64,000 nt of DNA. Origin: an uncultured bacterium. GTDB taxonomy: Bacteria > Bacteroidota > Bacteroidia > Chitinophagales > UBA10324. Position numbers and translations under genes: made by a program. The notes beneath the pieces were generated by a model. The model ran no database searches and was not told where the DNA came from. It saw only the letters and a program-made list of their open reading frames with translations. Below are positions 43,194 through 53,220 of this stretch, piece by piece. Position 1 is the first letter of the stretch. Each line of letters begins with the position of its first letter. The DNA is taken from assembly GCA_963977675.1 (NCBI GenBank), contig CAXBPY010000004.1, positions 4,833-68,832 on the forward strand, read 5' to 3'.

Positions 43194-44785
43194 TGAATAA
43201 TTTTTTGCGTAAACGATTTTCCTTCTGAAAAAACAGTGAGAAGAAATATTCCGTGCGGCAGTTCGGTTAAATCAATATTCGCTTCAGTGGAGAAATATTT
43301 TTTCTCCATTATTTTTTTTCCGCTCATATCACTTACAATAATTTTTTCAATCGCATCGCCGCTGTTGGTGCGCACTGTAGATTTTCCATCAGAAGGATTC
43401 GGGAAAACAGAAATGAACTGCGACTCACTGGAAACAAGCGACACATTGGAAACGCAACCGTTGGTTGCTTTCATTCTTGTAAACCATATATCGAGCGAAC
43501 CATCGCGCGTGCTTCCCCATGCGGCGCTCAGTGTGTCATTACGCAAACACACACCCATAAAATCATTTCCGCTTTGCGAAAGAATATTGTTATACGCCAC
43601 CAACGAATCACTCAAATGAAAATTTGGAAAAAAATTGGCGGAGTCATGACATCGGAATGCGGCATAAAATTCTGAAGCGGTTGCATATCCTGTTCCCGCA
43701 GCATTCCGGCGATCGCGCCAGGTAATTACAAGGTCGCCGTTCAAATCAAAATCGCCCCACATCATATCCTGCATCACTCCGTTGTTTACTGCATCATCGT
43801 TTACGCGAACAGGCGAAGTCCAGTTTACTCCGGCATCAAATGACTCAATAAAATAGATATCAAAATCAGTGGACCCGCATGGGAAAATAAAACCAAGATG
43901 ATTTTGATTCGAAGGATCAGTGAGAAGTTTATATCCAAGCTTAGCTGAATCTGCTCCTCCGTTTGCAGTACAAATGTTCGAGGCAATAGCAGTATAATAA
44001 GCGAAGGAAGCCCCGTTGTTGGATGAGGAGGCAAGTATGTATTTCGGATAAATACTTTGTGAGGGGAGGTAACTTGGATACATCACAAAAAAATTATTTC
44101 CGCTGTAAGCCGGAGCAGGCATCGGTTGCGCAAGAATGTTTCCAACCAAAAATCCGGTTGTGTCAATATATCTCCATGGAAAAAAATTGGCTCCTCCATT
44201 TTCAGAATGCGCCATGTACGGGCGATTAGGAGGTGACACCCATGAAGGCGGTTTGCTTGTGACAAAAATTTTGTCACCTGCATTGTTCACTGCAATCCAT
44301 GGGCGATCAATTGGAAGTTTGTTCCCATCAGAGAGTCCGTCAATTGCCAGAACCGGTGCGCTCCAGTTCAAACCACCATTGGTTGATTTGCACACATACA
44401 CGCCACCTGAATCAGGACTCTGGCGGTAATCAATGTAACTGAGAAATAAATTTCCGCTGGCATCAAATGTCATTGACACATCAGCAGATTTAAAAGTCGG
44501 TCTCAGGTGCGGCATGTTCACTGCGTTGCTCCATGTTGCACCTCCATTGAAAGATGATTTCACTTTAATAGTGAGTCCGGTTCCCGAATTGAAAACAAAA
44601 CCCATCCAGGCAATCACCATGTTCTGTGTGTTTGTTGGATTCACGGCAATGTATGGTTCGCCATCAAAAACATTTCCGTTCGAAATGTCAATGTCTTGGG
44701 CAACTGAAGTGTTTGGTGAAAAGTGAAAGGTGAAAAGAAATAAGAGAAAGAAGATGGGTGAGGGATGAGGGATGAATCTTTTCAT
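43190..44785 (-). CDS. BNR/Asp-box repeat (sialidase-fold-like) protein with T9SS C-terminal sorting domain
   Basis: Asp-boxes SFNGGATWS, STNGGLNWS, SENGGANF, SFDAGVNWT; CTD VFPNPSDGKSTV...GIFLLTVFS. I prefer the start at ATG 44785 (MKRFIPH...) to 44809. Confidence 0.82.
   Translation of the reverse strand: MKRFIPHPSPIFFLLFLFTFHFSPNTSVAQDIDISNGNVFDGEPYIAVNPTNTQNMVIAWMGFVFNSGTGLTIKVKSSFNGGATWSNAVNMPHLRPTFKSADVSMTFDASGNLFLSYIDYRQSPDSGGVYVCKSTNGGLNWSAPVLAIDGLSDGNKLPIDRPWIAVNNAGDKIFVTSKPPSWVSPPNRPYMAHSENGGANFFPWRYIDTTGFLVGNILAQPMPAPAYSGNNFFVMYPSYLPSQSIYPKYILASSSNNGASFAYYTAIASNICTANGGADSAKLGYKLLTDPSNQNHLGFIFPCGSTDFDIYFIESFDAGVNWTSPVRVNDDAVNNGVMQDMMWGDFDLNGDLVITWRDRRNAAGTGYATASEFYAAFRCHDSANFFPNFHLSDSLVAYNNILSQSGNDFMGVCLRNDTLSAAWGSTRDGSLDIWFTRMKATNGCVSNVSLVSSESQFISVFPNPSDGKSTVRTNSGDAIEKIIVSDMSGKKIMEKKYFSTEANIDLTELPHGIFLLTVFSEGKSFTQKIIH
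44715..44784. repeat. Ten consecutive heptamer units covering the BNR-protein signal-peptide coding region
   Basis: GGTGAAA AGTGAAA GGTGAAA AGAAATA AGAGAAA GAAGATG GGTGAGG GATGAGG GATGAAT CTTTTCA (plus strand). Confidence 0.85.
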
Positions 44786-44881
44786 TATAAAATTTTTTTT
44801 GAAATCCAAAACCTATTGTGAATATCGAAACAGATGTGAAGTAATAAAATTATGATACAGACATAAGATGTAGATCATAGT

Positions 44882-45307
44882 TTAATTCATATTCTCATAT
44901 GCAATCAGTTTCTTTTTTCTTTCTTCAGAAAGCGGAACAGATTTCCCGGTTGCATAATCATAACACACCAAAACCGCACTTCCTTCAGCCGCAGTTTCTT
45001 CTTTAGAATTTTTTTCGCGGACAATTTTCCATTCGAGGTCAAAACTTGATTTACCAATTCGGGAACACCGGGTGTAAACAGAAACAATTTCACCAAAGAA
45101 AAGTGGAGCACGGAAATTCAATTCGAGTTTTGCAAGTATTAATCCTTCCTGCTTGCTCCAGTCAACACCATCACTCACTACATCTTTGAAATACTGAAGC
45201 CGGGCATATTCTACATAAGTAGCGTAAGCCGCATTGTTTACATGACCCATCATATCCGTGTCTTTGAAACGGACTTGTATTGGTGTTTTGTGTTTGAAAT
45301 TTTCCAT
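44882..45307 (-). CDS. Acyl-CoA thioesterase, 4HBT (YbgC/FadM-like) family
   Basis: Start at ATG 45307 (MENFKHKTPIQVRFKDTDMMGHVNNAAY). The 40-codon N-terminal extension in the track has no family counterpart. Confidence 0.85.
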   Translation of the reverse strand: MENFKHKTPIQVRFKDTDMMGHVNNAAYATYVEYARLQYFKDVVSDGVDWSKQEGLILAKLELNFRAPLFFGEIVSVYTRCSRIGKSSFDLEWKIVREKNSKEETAAEGSAVLVCYDYATGKSVPLSEERKKKLIAYENMN

Positions 45308-45337
45308 AGAATGGCGAATGTAATTGGAAGTTAAAAA

Positions 45338-47296
45338 ATGAATTTTCCCCTTCTGAAAAAAATCACAATGAAAGTTAAGTTTGCTTTCGTGTTCCGCAAT
45401 TACAATATAAAATCTCTCTGGACTCACTGGGCAGTAATGGCGGTGGATTGCCTGGTAGTAATTGTATCGATCATTCTTGCTTACCTTCTTCGTTTCAATT
45501 TTAAAATTCCGGATGCAGAAATTTCGCTGATACCAAGGGCTGTCGTTTCGCTGTTCGCTTTCCGATTTGTTTTCTTTTTGCTCTTCCGCACATATGCAGG
45601 TATGATTAAATACACGAGTTCGGAAGATGCGCAGCGGATTTTTATTTCAGTAACACTTTGCACTTCTACACTGGGGATTCTCAATTTTATTGTCGAACAA
45701 TTTCAGCCGCACTATTTAGTTCCGTTTTCAATTCTGCTGATTGATTATTTCATCAGTATGTTTTTGCTTGCAGCGTATCGCATTGCAGTGAAAACTATTT
45801 ATGAAGAAGTGGTGAAAAGCAAGAAACCAAAAACTACTGTGATTATTTATGGTGCGGATGAAAACGGAGTAATTACCAAACGAACGCTGGAACAAGACCG
45901 CAAGAAAAATTATGATGTAGTTGCATTTATTGACCGCAATCCGGCGCGACACACTTCTAAAATTGAAGGCGTGAGTGTGTATAATACCGACCGCGACCTG
46001 GATAAACTTTTGGCAACCGGCGAAGCTGAATTGCTGATTCTGAGTGATACAAGAGTAAGTGCTTCAGAAAAAAATAAAGTAATTAATACTTGCCTTAAGT
46101 ATGATGTGAAGGTGCTGACCGTTCCACCGGCTACAAAATGGATTAACGGAGAACTTAGCGTTAATCAGATTCGATCCATTCGCATTGAAGATATTCTGGA
46201 ACGGGATCCCATTGAGCTAAACAAAGAGAGCATTGAAAAACAAACGCGCGGAAAAAGAATTCTCGTTACAGGTGCCGCAGGCTCCATTGGTCAGGAAATT
46301 GTTCGGCAGCTTGCACACTTTCATCCTGAGTTGCTGATCTGTTTTGATCAGGCGGAAAGCCCACTGCACGAACTCGACCTTGAGCTGCAACATGATTTTC
46401 CTGAACTGCGATATGAAATTGTGCTGGGAGATGTGCGGGTATATGAGCGCCTTGAAAAAGTGTTCAAAGTTCTGAAACCGGAATTGGTTTTTCACGCGGC
46501 TGCATACAAGCATGTTCCGCTTATGGAAAATAATCCTTCGGAAAGCATACTTACCAATGTGCTGGGAACAAAAAATGCTGCGGACCTTTCAGTGAAATAT
46601 GGAGTTGAAGTTTTTGTTCTTGTAAGCACTGATAAAGCTGTAAACCCAACCAATGTGATGGGAGCAAGCAAGCGTGTTGCAGAAATTTATGTGCAGTCGC
46701 TTGATATGAAAATAAAAAAAGAAGCAAGAGAGAATCCGACTCGCTTTATCACCACCAGGTTCGGAAATGTTCTTGGATCGAATGGCTCTGTACTTCCGCG
46801 TTTTCGTCAGCAGATAGAATCAGGTGGGCCGCTCACCGTTACTCATCCGGAGATTACAAGATTCTTTATGACTATTCCAGAAGCATGTCAATTGGTTTTG
46901 GAAGCAGGCGCAATGGGAAATGGAGGAGAGATTTTTATTTTCGATATGGGCGAGCCGGTTAAGATTATTGACCTTGCGAAGAAGATGATTCAGTTAAGCG
47001 GACTTCAGTTGAACAAAGACATTAAGATTGAATTCACCGGTCTGCGCCCGGGAGAAAAATTATTTGAAGAGTTGCTGGCGAATGCTGAGAATACTATTCC
47101 AACACATCACACAAAAATCCTGATTGCAAAAGTGCGCGAGTATGAATTCGAACAAGTTGAAGATGAAATAAGAGAATTGATTTCTCTCTTTGATAAGCAA
47201 AACAATCATACAATTGTTGCGAAGCTGAAGCAGCTGGTGCCTGAATACATCAGTAATAATTCACCGTATGAGGAATTAGATATTAAAGTCATGTAG
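45338..47296 (+). CDS. Membrane-anchored nucleotide-sugar 4,6-dehydratase/epimerase (CapD/WbpM/PglF-like polysaccharide biosynthesis protein)
   Basis: 652 aa; four N-terminal TM segments; Rossmann motif VTGAAGSIGQEI; YKHVPLME; STDKAVNPTNVMGASKR. Start uncertain (45338 or 45368). Confidence 0.88.
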   Translation: MNFPLLKKITMKVKFAFVFRNYNIKSLWTHWAVMAVDCLVVIVSIILAYLLRFNFKIPDAEISLIPRAVVSLFAFRFVFFLLFRTYAGMIKYTSSEDAQRIFISVTLCTSTLGILNFIVEQFQPHYLVPFSILLIDYFISMFLLAAYRIAVKTIYEEVVKSKKPKTTVIIYGADENGVITKRTLEQDRKKNYDVVAFIDRNPARHTSKIEGVSVYNTDRDLDKLLATGEAELLILSDTRVSASEKNKVINTCLKYDVKVLTVPPATKWINGELSVNQIRSIRIEDILERDPIELNKESIEKQTRGKRILVTGAAGSIGQEIVRQLAHFHPELLICFDQAESPLHELDLELQHDFPELRYEIVLGDVRVYERLEKVFKVLKPELVFHAAAYKHVPLMENNPSESILTNVLGTKNAADLSVKYGVEVFVLVSTDKAVNPTNVMGASKRVAEIYVQSLDMKIKKEARENPTRFITTRFGNVLGSNGSVLPRFRQQIESGGPLTVTHPEITRFFMTIPEACQLVLEAGAMGNGGEIFIFDMGEPVKIIDLAKKMIQLSGLQLNKDIKIEFTGLRPGEKLFEELLANAENTIPTHHTKILIAKVREYEFEQVEDEIRELISLFDKQNNHTIVAKLKQLVPEYISNNSPYEELDIKVM

Positions 47297-47306
47297 GAAA
47301 AAAAAA

Positions 47307-47879
47307 TCAGCCAAGCCTTTTCAGAAGGATTCCTTCAATAAGTTCCGGGAGGAACTGCGGTTTCACAATTCTCCAATTGATTTCAGAAAATTTTTCACCC
47401 ATATAAATGAAATGCTCGAGGTGAACTCGGTGCATTTCCTCATATACATGCTCGCGGAAATTCACAGCAGCAATCCATCCGCCTTCTTCTGAAATATCTT
47501 CATACCATTCTTCATAATAGCAATCATCGGATGCATGAAAGTTCAAAACATTTTCTCCGATCAGCATGAACCGGTTGATTCCATTTTCAATAAACACATC
47601 AATTACTTCGCGCTTCAGAATCATAATGTCGTTGCTTAGTGCATCATTCCACTCACCAATCAATTCGATCACGGCAAAGCGATTTTCATAATCTGCAAAA
47701 AGAATTTTCATAAACAAAGTTGAAGAGCCAAACTCATCCCACTGAGGGTGTATGTAGAAATTGTAAATCTTGTTTGAGTATTCAAACTCACTGTAAGTCC
47801 GATGAAAGAATGGTGACCGCTTATCTTCTTCAGAAGTGTAGATATCTTTCCAGTTGTAATATGGTTCTATATCGTGCAA
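47307..47879 (-). CDS. Conserved hypothetical protein
   Basis: 190 aa, TTG start, no recognisable motif; coding-like composition. Confidence 0.6.
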   Translation of the reverse strand: MHDIEPYYNWKDIYTSEEDKRSPFFHRTYSEFEYSNKIYNFYIHPQWDEFGSSTLFMKILFADYENRFAVIELIGEWNDALSNDIMILKREVIDVFIENGINRFMLIGENVLNFHASDDCYYEEWYEDISEEGGWIAAVNFREHVYEEMHRVHLEHFIYMGEKFSEINWRIVKPQFLPELIEGILLKRLG

Positions 47880-47883
47880 GCTG

Positions 47884-47974
47884 TATCAGTTATTAGTAGA
47901 ATCGTTGTTAGTTATTAGCAATACAAAAATCTTCAATCATAAATATTCTAAAATCTAAAATCATAAATCTTAAA
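47884..47974. repeat. Two adjacent heptamer tracts: TTATTAG-type (47884-47918) and TCTAAAA-type (47947-47974)
   Basis: TATCAGT TATTAGT AGAATCG TTGTTAG TTATTAG ... TCTAAAA TCTAAAA TCATAAA TCTTAAA. The last unit contains the murQ stop codon. Confidence 0.8.
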
Positions 47975-48785
47975 TCTTGCGTTTGTGCATCTCCATCACT
48001 TTCCTCACACTTCCGAATTCAAGCAATATTCCTCTCGCTCTTTTATAATCCCATGCGAATTGCCGCATCAGCATTTTAGCACCGCGTTCAATCAGTTTTT
48101 CATTGGTGAGCTGCATGTCTACCATTTTGTTATCGAGCACTTTTCCCAACTGAATCATTACTGAAGTTGAAATCATATTGAGAACAAGTTTCTGTGCAGT
48201 TCCTGCTTTCATTCTGGTGCTACCGGTTACAAATTCAGGGCCCACAACTACCTCAACCGGGAAATCGCAAGCTGAAGCAAGCGGTGAATTCAAATTACAA
48301 GTGATTCCTCCTGTTTGAATTTTATTATTCCTGCATTGCTGCAACGCACCAATCACATAAGGGGTGGTTCCACTGGCTGAAATTCCAATTACCGTGTCAT
48401 TTTCATTCACACTATAAGATTGTAAATCTTTCCATCCCTGATTTGGATCATCTTCTGCAAACTCTTGCGCTTTTCGAATAGCTGCATCGCCGCCGGCAAT
48501 TATTCCATTTACTAATCCGTGTTCCACACCAAAAGTTGGAGGGCATTCGGAAGCATCTACAATTCCCAATCGTCCGCTGGTGCCACTTCCGAGATAAAAT
48601 ATTCTTCCGCCATTTTTCATTTTCGGAATAATATGATTCACTAAAGATTCAATTTGGGGAATGGATTTCTGCACCGCTTCGGCCACCGTTTTGTCTTCAC
48701 GATTTATATTGGAGAGCAGATCATGAACGCTCATTTGCTCTAATTGATTGTAGCGGCTATTTTCTTCAGTTGTTTTTTGCATCAC
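47970..48785 (-). CDS. murQ: N-acetylmuramic acid 6-phosphate etherase
   Basis: 271 aa; SIS domain GGRIFYLGSGTSGRLG, DASECPPTFG. Start is GTG 48785 or ATG 48782. Confidence 0.92.
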   Translation of the reverse strand: MMQKTTEENSRYNQLEQMSVHDLLSNINREDKTVAEAVQKSIPQIESLVNHIIPKMKNGGRIFYLGSGTSGRLGIVDASECPPTFGVEHGLVNGIIAGGDAAIRKAQEFAEDDPNQGWKDLQSYSVNENDTVIGISASGTTPYVIGALQQCRNNKIQTGGITCNLNSPLASACDFPVEVVVGPEFVTGSTRMKAGTAQKLVLNMISTSVMIQLGKVLDNKMVDMQLTNEKLIERGAKMLMRQFAWDYKRARGILLEFGSVRKVMEMHKRKI

Positions 48786-48787
48786 CG

Positions 48788-48795
48788 CAAAAGTA
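48788..48795 (-). promoter_or_regulatory. Putative -7 box TACTTTTG, only 5 nt upstream of the murQ ATG
   Basis: Exact TAnnTTTG on the minus strand followed by CGGTGATG. Confidence 0.45.
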
Positions 48796-48817
48796 AAAGG
48801 TGCATTGATGATTTTGG

Positions 48818-48845
48818 GTGAAAGAAGAAAAGTGAAAGGAGAAAA
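48818..48845. repeat. Heptamer/14-mer tract TGAAAGA AGAAAAG TGAAAGG AGAAAAC
   Basis: GTGAAAG family; on the minus strand it lies just upstream of the murQ -7 box. Confidence 0.7.
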
Positions 48846-48936
48846 CTTTTAGAAAAAAAATTCTGCCAACTGTCATCGCGATTTTCATCGGGATATTCGC
48901 TTTGCTTCGAACTGCTTACTGTATTTCTTTGCACGC

Positions 48937-50466
48937 TTGAAAAGTAAATTCACGATATGGATGCCGCTTGCATTTGCGGTAGTGCTCGCCATGGGAATTC
49001 AAATGGGAGTTCTTCTTTCCTCTCAACCCAAACTAGGCAGCAGTAAAAACATGAGCCCGATTGATGAAGCGCTCGCATATATCTCTGCTAAATATGTTGA
49101 CACCATTGACATCAGTTCACTTAATGAAAAAGGGATTGAAGCGCTGCTCCAGCAACTGGATCCGCACAGCATTTATATTCCAAAACCAGAATTGAGTGAT
49201 GTCAACAACCAGATCAAGGGAAGCTTCGACGGAATAGGATTAGAATTTTTTGAAGTCTTTGATACAGCTACTGTTGTGAGTGTACTGGATGGTGGCCCGT
49301 CAAAACTGGTGGGAATAACAAAAGGCGATAAGCTGGTGAGTATAGATGATTCGCTGGTAGCCGGAAAAAATTATTCGGAAGAAAGACTCAGATCCAAACT
49401 TAGAGGCGAAGGCGGAACAAAAGTGAAAGTGGGAGTAAAGCGTCGCGGACAAAAGGAAATAAAGTATTTCGAAATCACTCGCGGAAAAGTTTTGGTGTCA
49501 AGCATAGTTTCATCGTATATGATTGATCAAAATATTGGCTATATCAAAGTTGAGCGATTCAGCGAAACAGTTGCTGATGATTTGCATCGTTCATTGGAGA
49601 AACTGAATTCTTTGGGCATGAAAAAACTAATTTTTGACCTGCGTGGAAACGGCGGCGGAGTACTTGATATAGCAGTGCAGATGGTGGATGAATTTCTTGA
49701 TGAAAAAAAATTAGTTGTGTATACCAAGGGAAGAGTTTATCCGCGTCAGGATTATTATGAAAGCAAACCCGGCCTTTTTGAGAAAGGAGAAATGTGTGTG
49801 CTCATTGATGAAGAGAGTGCAAGTGCAAGCGAAATATTTGCAGGTGCTCTGCAGGACTATGACCGCGCAACCATTGTGGGCAGAAGAAGTTTTGGAAAAG
49901 GATTGGTGCAGGAACAATACATGCTGAGTGATAGCAGCGGGCTACGCATAACGGTTGCTAGATATTATACACCTTCCGGGCGCTGCATTCAGAAATCATA
50001 CAGCGATGGCCAGGAAAACTATTATCACGAAATGTTGAACCGATTTACAAAGGGAGAACTCACGAATAAAGACAGCATCAAAATCACTGACACAACACGG
50101 TATTACACTGTTTCCGGAAGGGTTGTTTATGGCGGAGGCGGAATTATGCCTGATCAGTTCGTTCCAATTGATACAGCCGAAATAAATTTCTCCATTTCAG
50201 GATTGAGTAATTACAGGATCCAGGAAGCAGGATATCAGTTTGCAATAAATTACAATCGTGTTTTCTCCGTACAGGATTTTCCAGTTGCAGAAAAACTTCT
50301 TGATTATTCGGTAGAAAAACTTTCAATCGAACAAAAAAACCTGCTTGGAAAAAAACTTGAAATGCTGAGTGCAAAAATTTTGTATGATGACAATTATTAC
50401 TATAAACTCATCAATCAAACTGACATGGATGTATTGAAAGCTTTGGAAGTATTGAAGAAAAAATAA
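48937..50466 (+). CDS. ctp: S41 family C-terminal processing peptidase
   Basis: 509 aa; PDZ segment; DLRGNGGG and SASASEIFAGALQD motifs. Start is TTG 48937 or ATG 48961. Confidence 0.9.
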   Translation: MKSKFTIWMPLAFAVVLAMGIQMGVLLSSQPKLGSSKNMSPIDEALAYISAKYVDTIDISSLNEKGIEALLQQLDPHSIYIPKPELSDVNNQIKGSFDGIGLEFFEVFDTATVVSVLDGGPSKLVGITKGDKLVSIDDSLVAGKNYSEERLRSKLRGEGGTKVKVGVKRRGQKEIKYFEITRGKVLVSSIVSSYMIDQNIGYIKVERFSETVADDLHRSLEKLNSLGMKKLIFDLRGNGGGVLDIAVQMVDEFLDEKKLVVYTKGRVYPRQDYYESKPGLFEKGEMCVLIDEESASASEIFAGALQDYDRATIVGRRSFGKGLVQEQYMLSDSSGLRITVARYYTPSGRCIQKSYSDGQENYYHEMLNRFTKGELTNKDSIKITDTTRYYTVSGRVVYGGGGIMPDQFVPIDTAEINFSISGLSNYRIQEAGYQFAINYNRVFSVQDFPVAEKLLDYSVEKLSIEQKNLLGKKLEMLSAKILYDDNYYYKLINQTDMDVLKALEVLKKK

Positions 50467-51609
50467 TCAATGTTTCAAAACCTCTCTTGCGATCACCAAC
50501 TTCTGAATTTCACTTGTTCCTTCTCCAATTGTGCAAAGCTTTGAGTCGCGGTAAAATTTTTCTACAGGAAAATCTTTTGTATAACCATATCCGCCGAAAA
50601 TCTGAACTGCATCAGTTGAAACTTTCACTGCTACTTCACTTGCATAATATTTTGCCATGGCGGCTTCCTTCGTCATTTTCTCTCCGCGGTTTTTCATATC
50701 AGCAGCTTGCAGGGTGAGTATTTCAGCTGCTTCAATTTGAGATTTCATATCTGCAATCTTGAAAGCAATTCCCTGGAAATGCGAAATTGGTTTATCGAAC
50801 TGGTGGCGCTCCTTCGAATATTTTATACTTGCTTCATAAGCGCCCTTTGCGATTCCTAGCGCGAGTGAGGCAATCGAAATTCTTCCGCCATCGAGAACTT
50901 TCATCGCCTGGATAAATCCTTCTCCTTCTTTCCCGAGCATATTTTCAGAAGGAATCCGGCAGTTGTCAAAAATCACTTCAGTCGTTTCTGAAGCGCGCAT
51001 TCCCAGTTTGTTTTCCTTTTTACCTGCACTCAATCCCGGTGTTCCCCGCTCTACAACAAAGGCAGTCATACCATGACTGTCGCGTACATCGCCAGTGCGG
51101 GCAATTACCACCATCGCATCGCTGCTGTTGCCATGAGTGATCCAGCACTTGGTTCCGTTAATAACCCAGTCATTACCATCACGCTTTGCTACACATTTCA
51201 TGTTCATGGCGTCGCTTCCTGTGTTGGGCTCTGTTAATCCCCAGGCGCCAATCCATTTTCCTGTTGCCAGCTTTGGCAAATACTTTTTCTTCTGCTCTTC
51301 ATTTCCGAAATACATAATGTGCCCTGTGCAAAGTGAATTATGCGCTGCAACAGAAAGCCCTATGGAGCCGCAAACTTTTGCAATCTCACTCACCACAGAA
51401 ATATATTCGAAGTAACCAAGACCGGCACCGCCATATTCTTCCGGCACCAGCACACCAAGGAAACCATGTTCACCCATCTGGTGGAATAAATCTTTCGGGA
51501 ATTGCTGCGATTCATCCCACTCCATTACATGCGGACGAATATGTTTTTCCGCAAAGTCGCGGACAGATTGAGTGATGAGCTGAAGATTTTCAGAAGTCGT
51601 GAATTCCAT
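50467..51609 (-). CDS. Acyl-CoA dehydrogenase (short-chain/butyryl-CoA type)
   Basis: 380 aa; [19 protein letters not shown]-like [15 protein letters not shown]-terminus. Confidence 0.93.
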   Translation of the reverse strand: MEFTTSENLQLITQSVRDFAEKHIRPHVMEWDESQQFPKDLFHQMGEHGFLGVLVPEEYGGAGLGYFEYISVVSEIAKVCGSIGLSVAAHNSLCTGHIMYFGNEEQKKKYLPKLATGKWIGAWGLTEPNTGSDAMNMKCVAKRDGNDWVINGTKCWITHGNSSDAMVVIARTGDVRDSHGMTAFVVERGTPGLSAGKKENKLGMRASETTEVIFDNCRIPSENMLGKEGEGFIQAMKVLDGGRISIASLALGIAKGAYEASIKYSKERHQFDKPISHFQGIAFKIADMKSQIEAAEILTLQAADMKNRGEKMTKEAAMAKYYASEVAVKVSTDAVQIFGGYGYTKDFPVEKFYRDSKLCTIGEGTSEIQKLVIAREVLKH

Positions 51610-51917
51610 TATACTTTTTTTTACTTGTCCCGAACTGGTTTTTGGGCGGGCGCGAATGTAATTGAAAGAAGAAATAATGATTCTTCGGCTAAAAGTGTGA
51701 GGCGATGAAGATTTATAAAATTATGCCCTTTAATCACCATTTATTTTTTGAAAATAATTTCTCAACTTTTAATGGTCCATTTTATCTCCCAAGATGTTTA
51801 GCCAAAAAAGATTATCATTTAGAAAGTTTTATAGATAATAAGCTTGTATAATTTATTGTAATCAAAAACTGTCCTAAATAATTTCTGCTCTGTATTTTGC
51901 AATGTGGATTGGGTTTC

Positions 51918-51925
51918 TATTTTTG
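51918..51925 (+). promoter_or_regulatory. Putative -7 box TATTTTTG (with TTG at 51897-51899) for rplA-rplJ-rplL-rpoB
   Basis: Exact TAnnTTTG followed by CCC; 18-nt spacing to TTG; 40 nt before the rplA GTG. Confidence 0.5.
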
Positions 51926-51965
51926 CCCTCCCAAAAATTTTACCCTCCTCTAAATTTTAATCAAA

Positions 51966-52661
51966 GTGCCAGTTACAAAAAAGAGAAAGGCAGCGAATGC
52001 CAAGGTGAAGGAAGGTGTGGTTTACACGCTTGAGCAAGCATCTGCATTATTGAAAGAAGTTTCAACTCCAAAGTTTGATGCTTCTGTTGATATACATATT
52101 CGTCTCGGAATTGATCCGCGCAAAGCTGACCAGAGTATCCGCGGCACAGTTGCTCTTCCTCACGGAACCGGAAAAACAAAACGAGTATTGGTTCTCTGCA
52201 ACCCAGATAAGGAATCAGAAGCAACAGGCGCCGGTGCTGACTATGCAGGTCTCGCAGAGTTTGTTGAAAAAATCGAAAAGGGCTGGGCAGATATTGATGT
52301 GGTAATTGCTACACCATCTGTAATGCCTAAAATAGCAAAGCTTGGTAAAATTCTCGGGCCGCGCAACCTCATGCCGAACCCTAAATCTGGGACAGTAACT
52401 GAAAATGTTGCTGATGCTGTTAAGGAAGTGAAAGGTGGTAAAATTGCATTCCGTGTTGACAAGCAAGGCATAATTCACGCTTCGATCGGACGCATATCAT
52501 TTACAAAAGAAAAGATTCGCGACAATGCTCACGAGTTGATTTCAACAGTTGTCCGCATGAAGCCATCTTCTGCAAAAGGTCAATATCTGAAATCTGTTTC
52601 CCTCGCAAGCACGATGAGCCCTGGTCTATATTTAGATGTTAAAACTCTCAGTGCAAACTAA
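51966..52661 (+). CDS. rplA: 50S ribosomal protein L1
   Basis: 231 aa, GTG start; [39 protein letters not shown]. Confidence 0.96.
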   Translation: MPVTKKRKAANAKVKEGVVYTLEQASALLKEVSTPKFDASVDIHIRLGIDPRKADQSIRGTVALPHGTGKTKRVLVLCNPDKESEATGAGADYAGLAEFVEKIEKGWADIDVVIATPSVMPKIAKLGKILGPRNLMPNPKSGTVTENVADAVKEVKGGKIAFRVDKQGIIHASIGRISFTKEKIRDNAHELISTVVRMKPSSAKGQYLKSVSLASTMSPGLYLDVKTLSAN

Positions 52662-52667
52662 ATCGTC

Positions 52668-53189
52668 ATGACTAAAGAAGAAAAGAATAATATTCTAGAA
52701 GAGCTAAAAGGAGAGTTTGCAAAGCAGACCGTATTCTACCTTGCTGATACTTCAGATTTAACTGTGGCTGACGCAAGCAAACTGCGCCGTCTGTGCTTCA
52801 AAAGTGGTGTGAAAATTCGTGTAGCAAAAAATACACTGATCCGCAAGGCGCTCGAAGCAAACAATGTTGTGGATGCTGATTTGATTGCAACACTTCATGG
52901 TCCTACTTCAATTTTATTTAGCGAAGTAGCTAATGCACCTGCCAAGGTCATTAAAGAATTCAGAAAGACAAGTGAAAAACCCGTTCTAAAAGCTGCCTAT
53001 ATTGAAACAGCTGTTTTCATAGGCGACAAGCAAGTGGATAATTTAGCTTCCCTCAAGTCAAAGAATGAACTCATTGGTGAGATCATTGGCTTGTTACAAT
53101 CACCTGCTAAGAATGTGATTTCTGCTCTTCAATCCGGTGGGGGCAAAATCGCGGGAATTCTCAAAACGCTGGAAAACCGTGCTAATTAA
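52668..53189 (+). CDS. rplJ: 50S ribosomal protein L10
   Basis: 173 aa; position between rplA and rplL; LRRLCFKSGVKIRVAKNTL. Confidence 0.95.
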   Translation: MTKEEKNNILEELKGEFAKQTVFYLADTSDLTVADASKLRRLCFKSGVKIRVAKNTLIRKALEANNVVDADLIATLHGPTSILFSEVANAPAKVIKEFRKTSEKPVLKAAYIETAVFIGDKQVDNLASLKSKNELIGEIIGLLQSPAKNVISALQSGGGKIAGILKTLENRAN

Positions 53190-53220
53190 ATTTTAAACTT
53201 AAATCTCAAATCAAAATAAA

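Noticed and set aside
45308-45427. 40-codon N-terminal extension of the thioesterase ORF
   Set aside because: 4HBT thioesterases start near the MENFKHKTPIQVRFKDTD equivalent. The extension would also overlap the divergent capD-like gene start.
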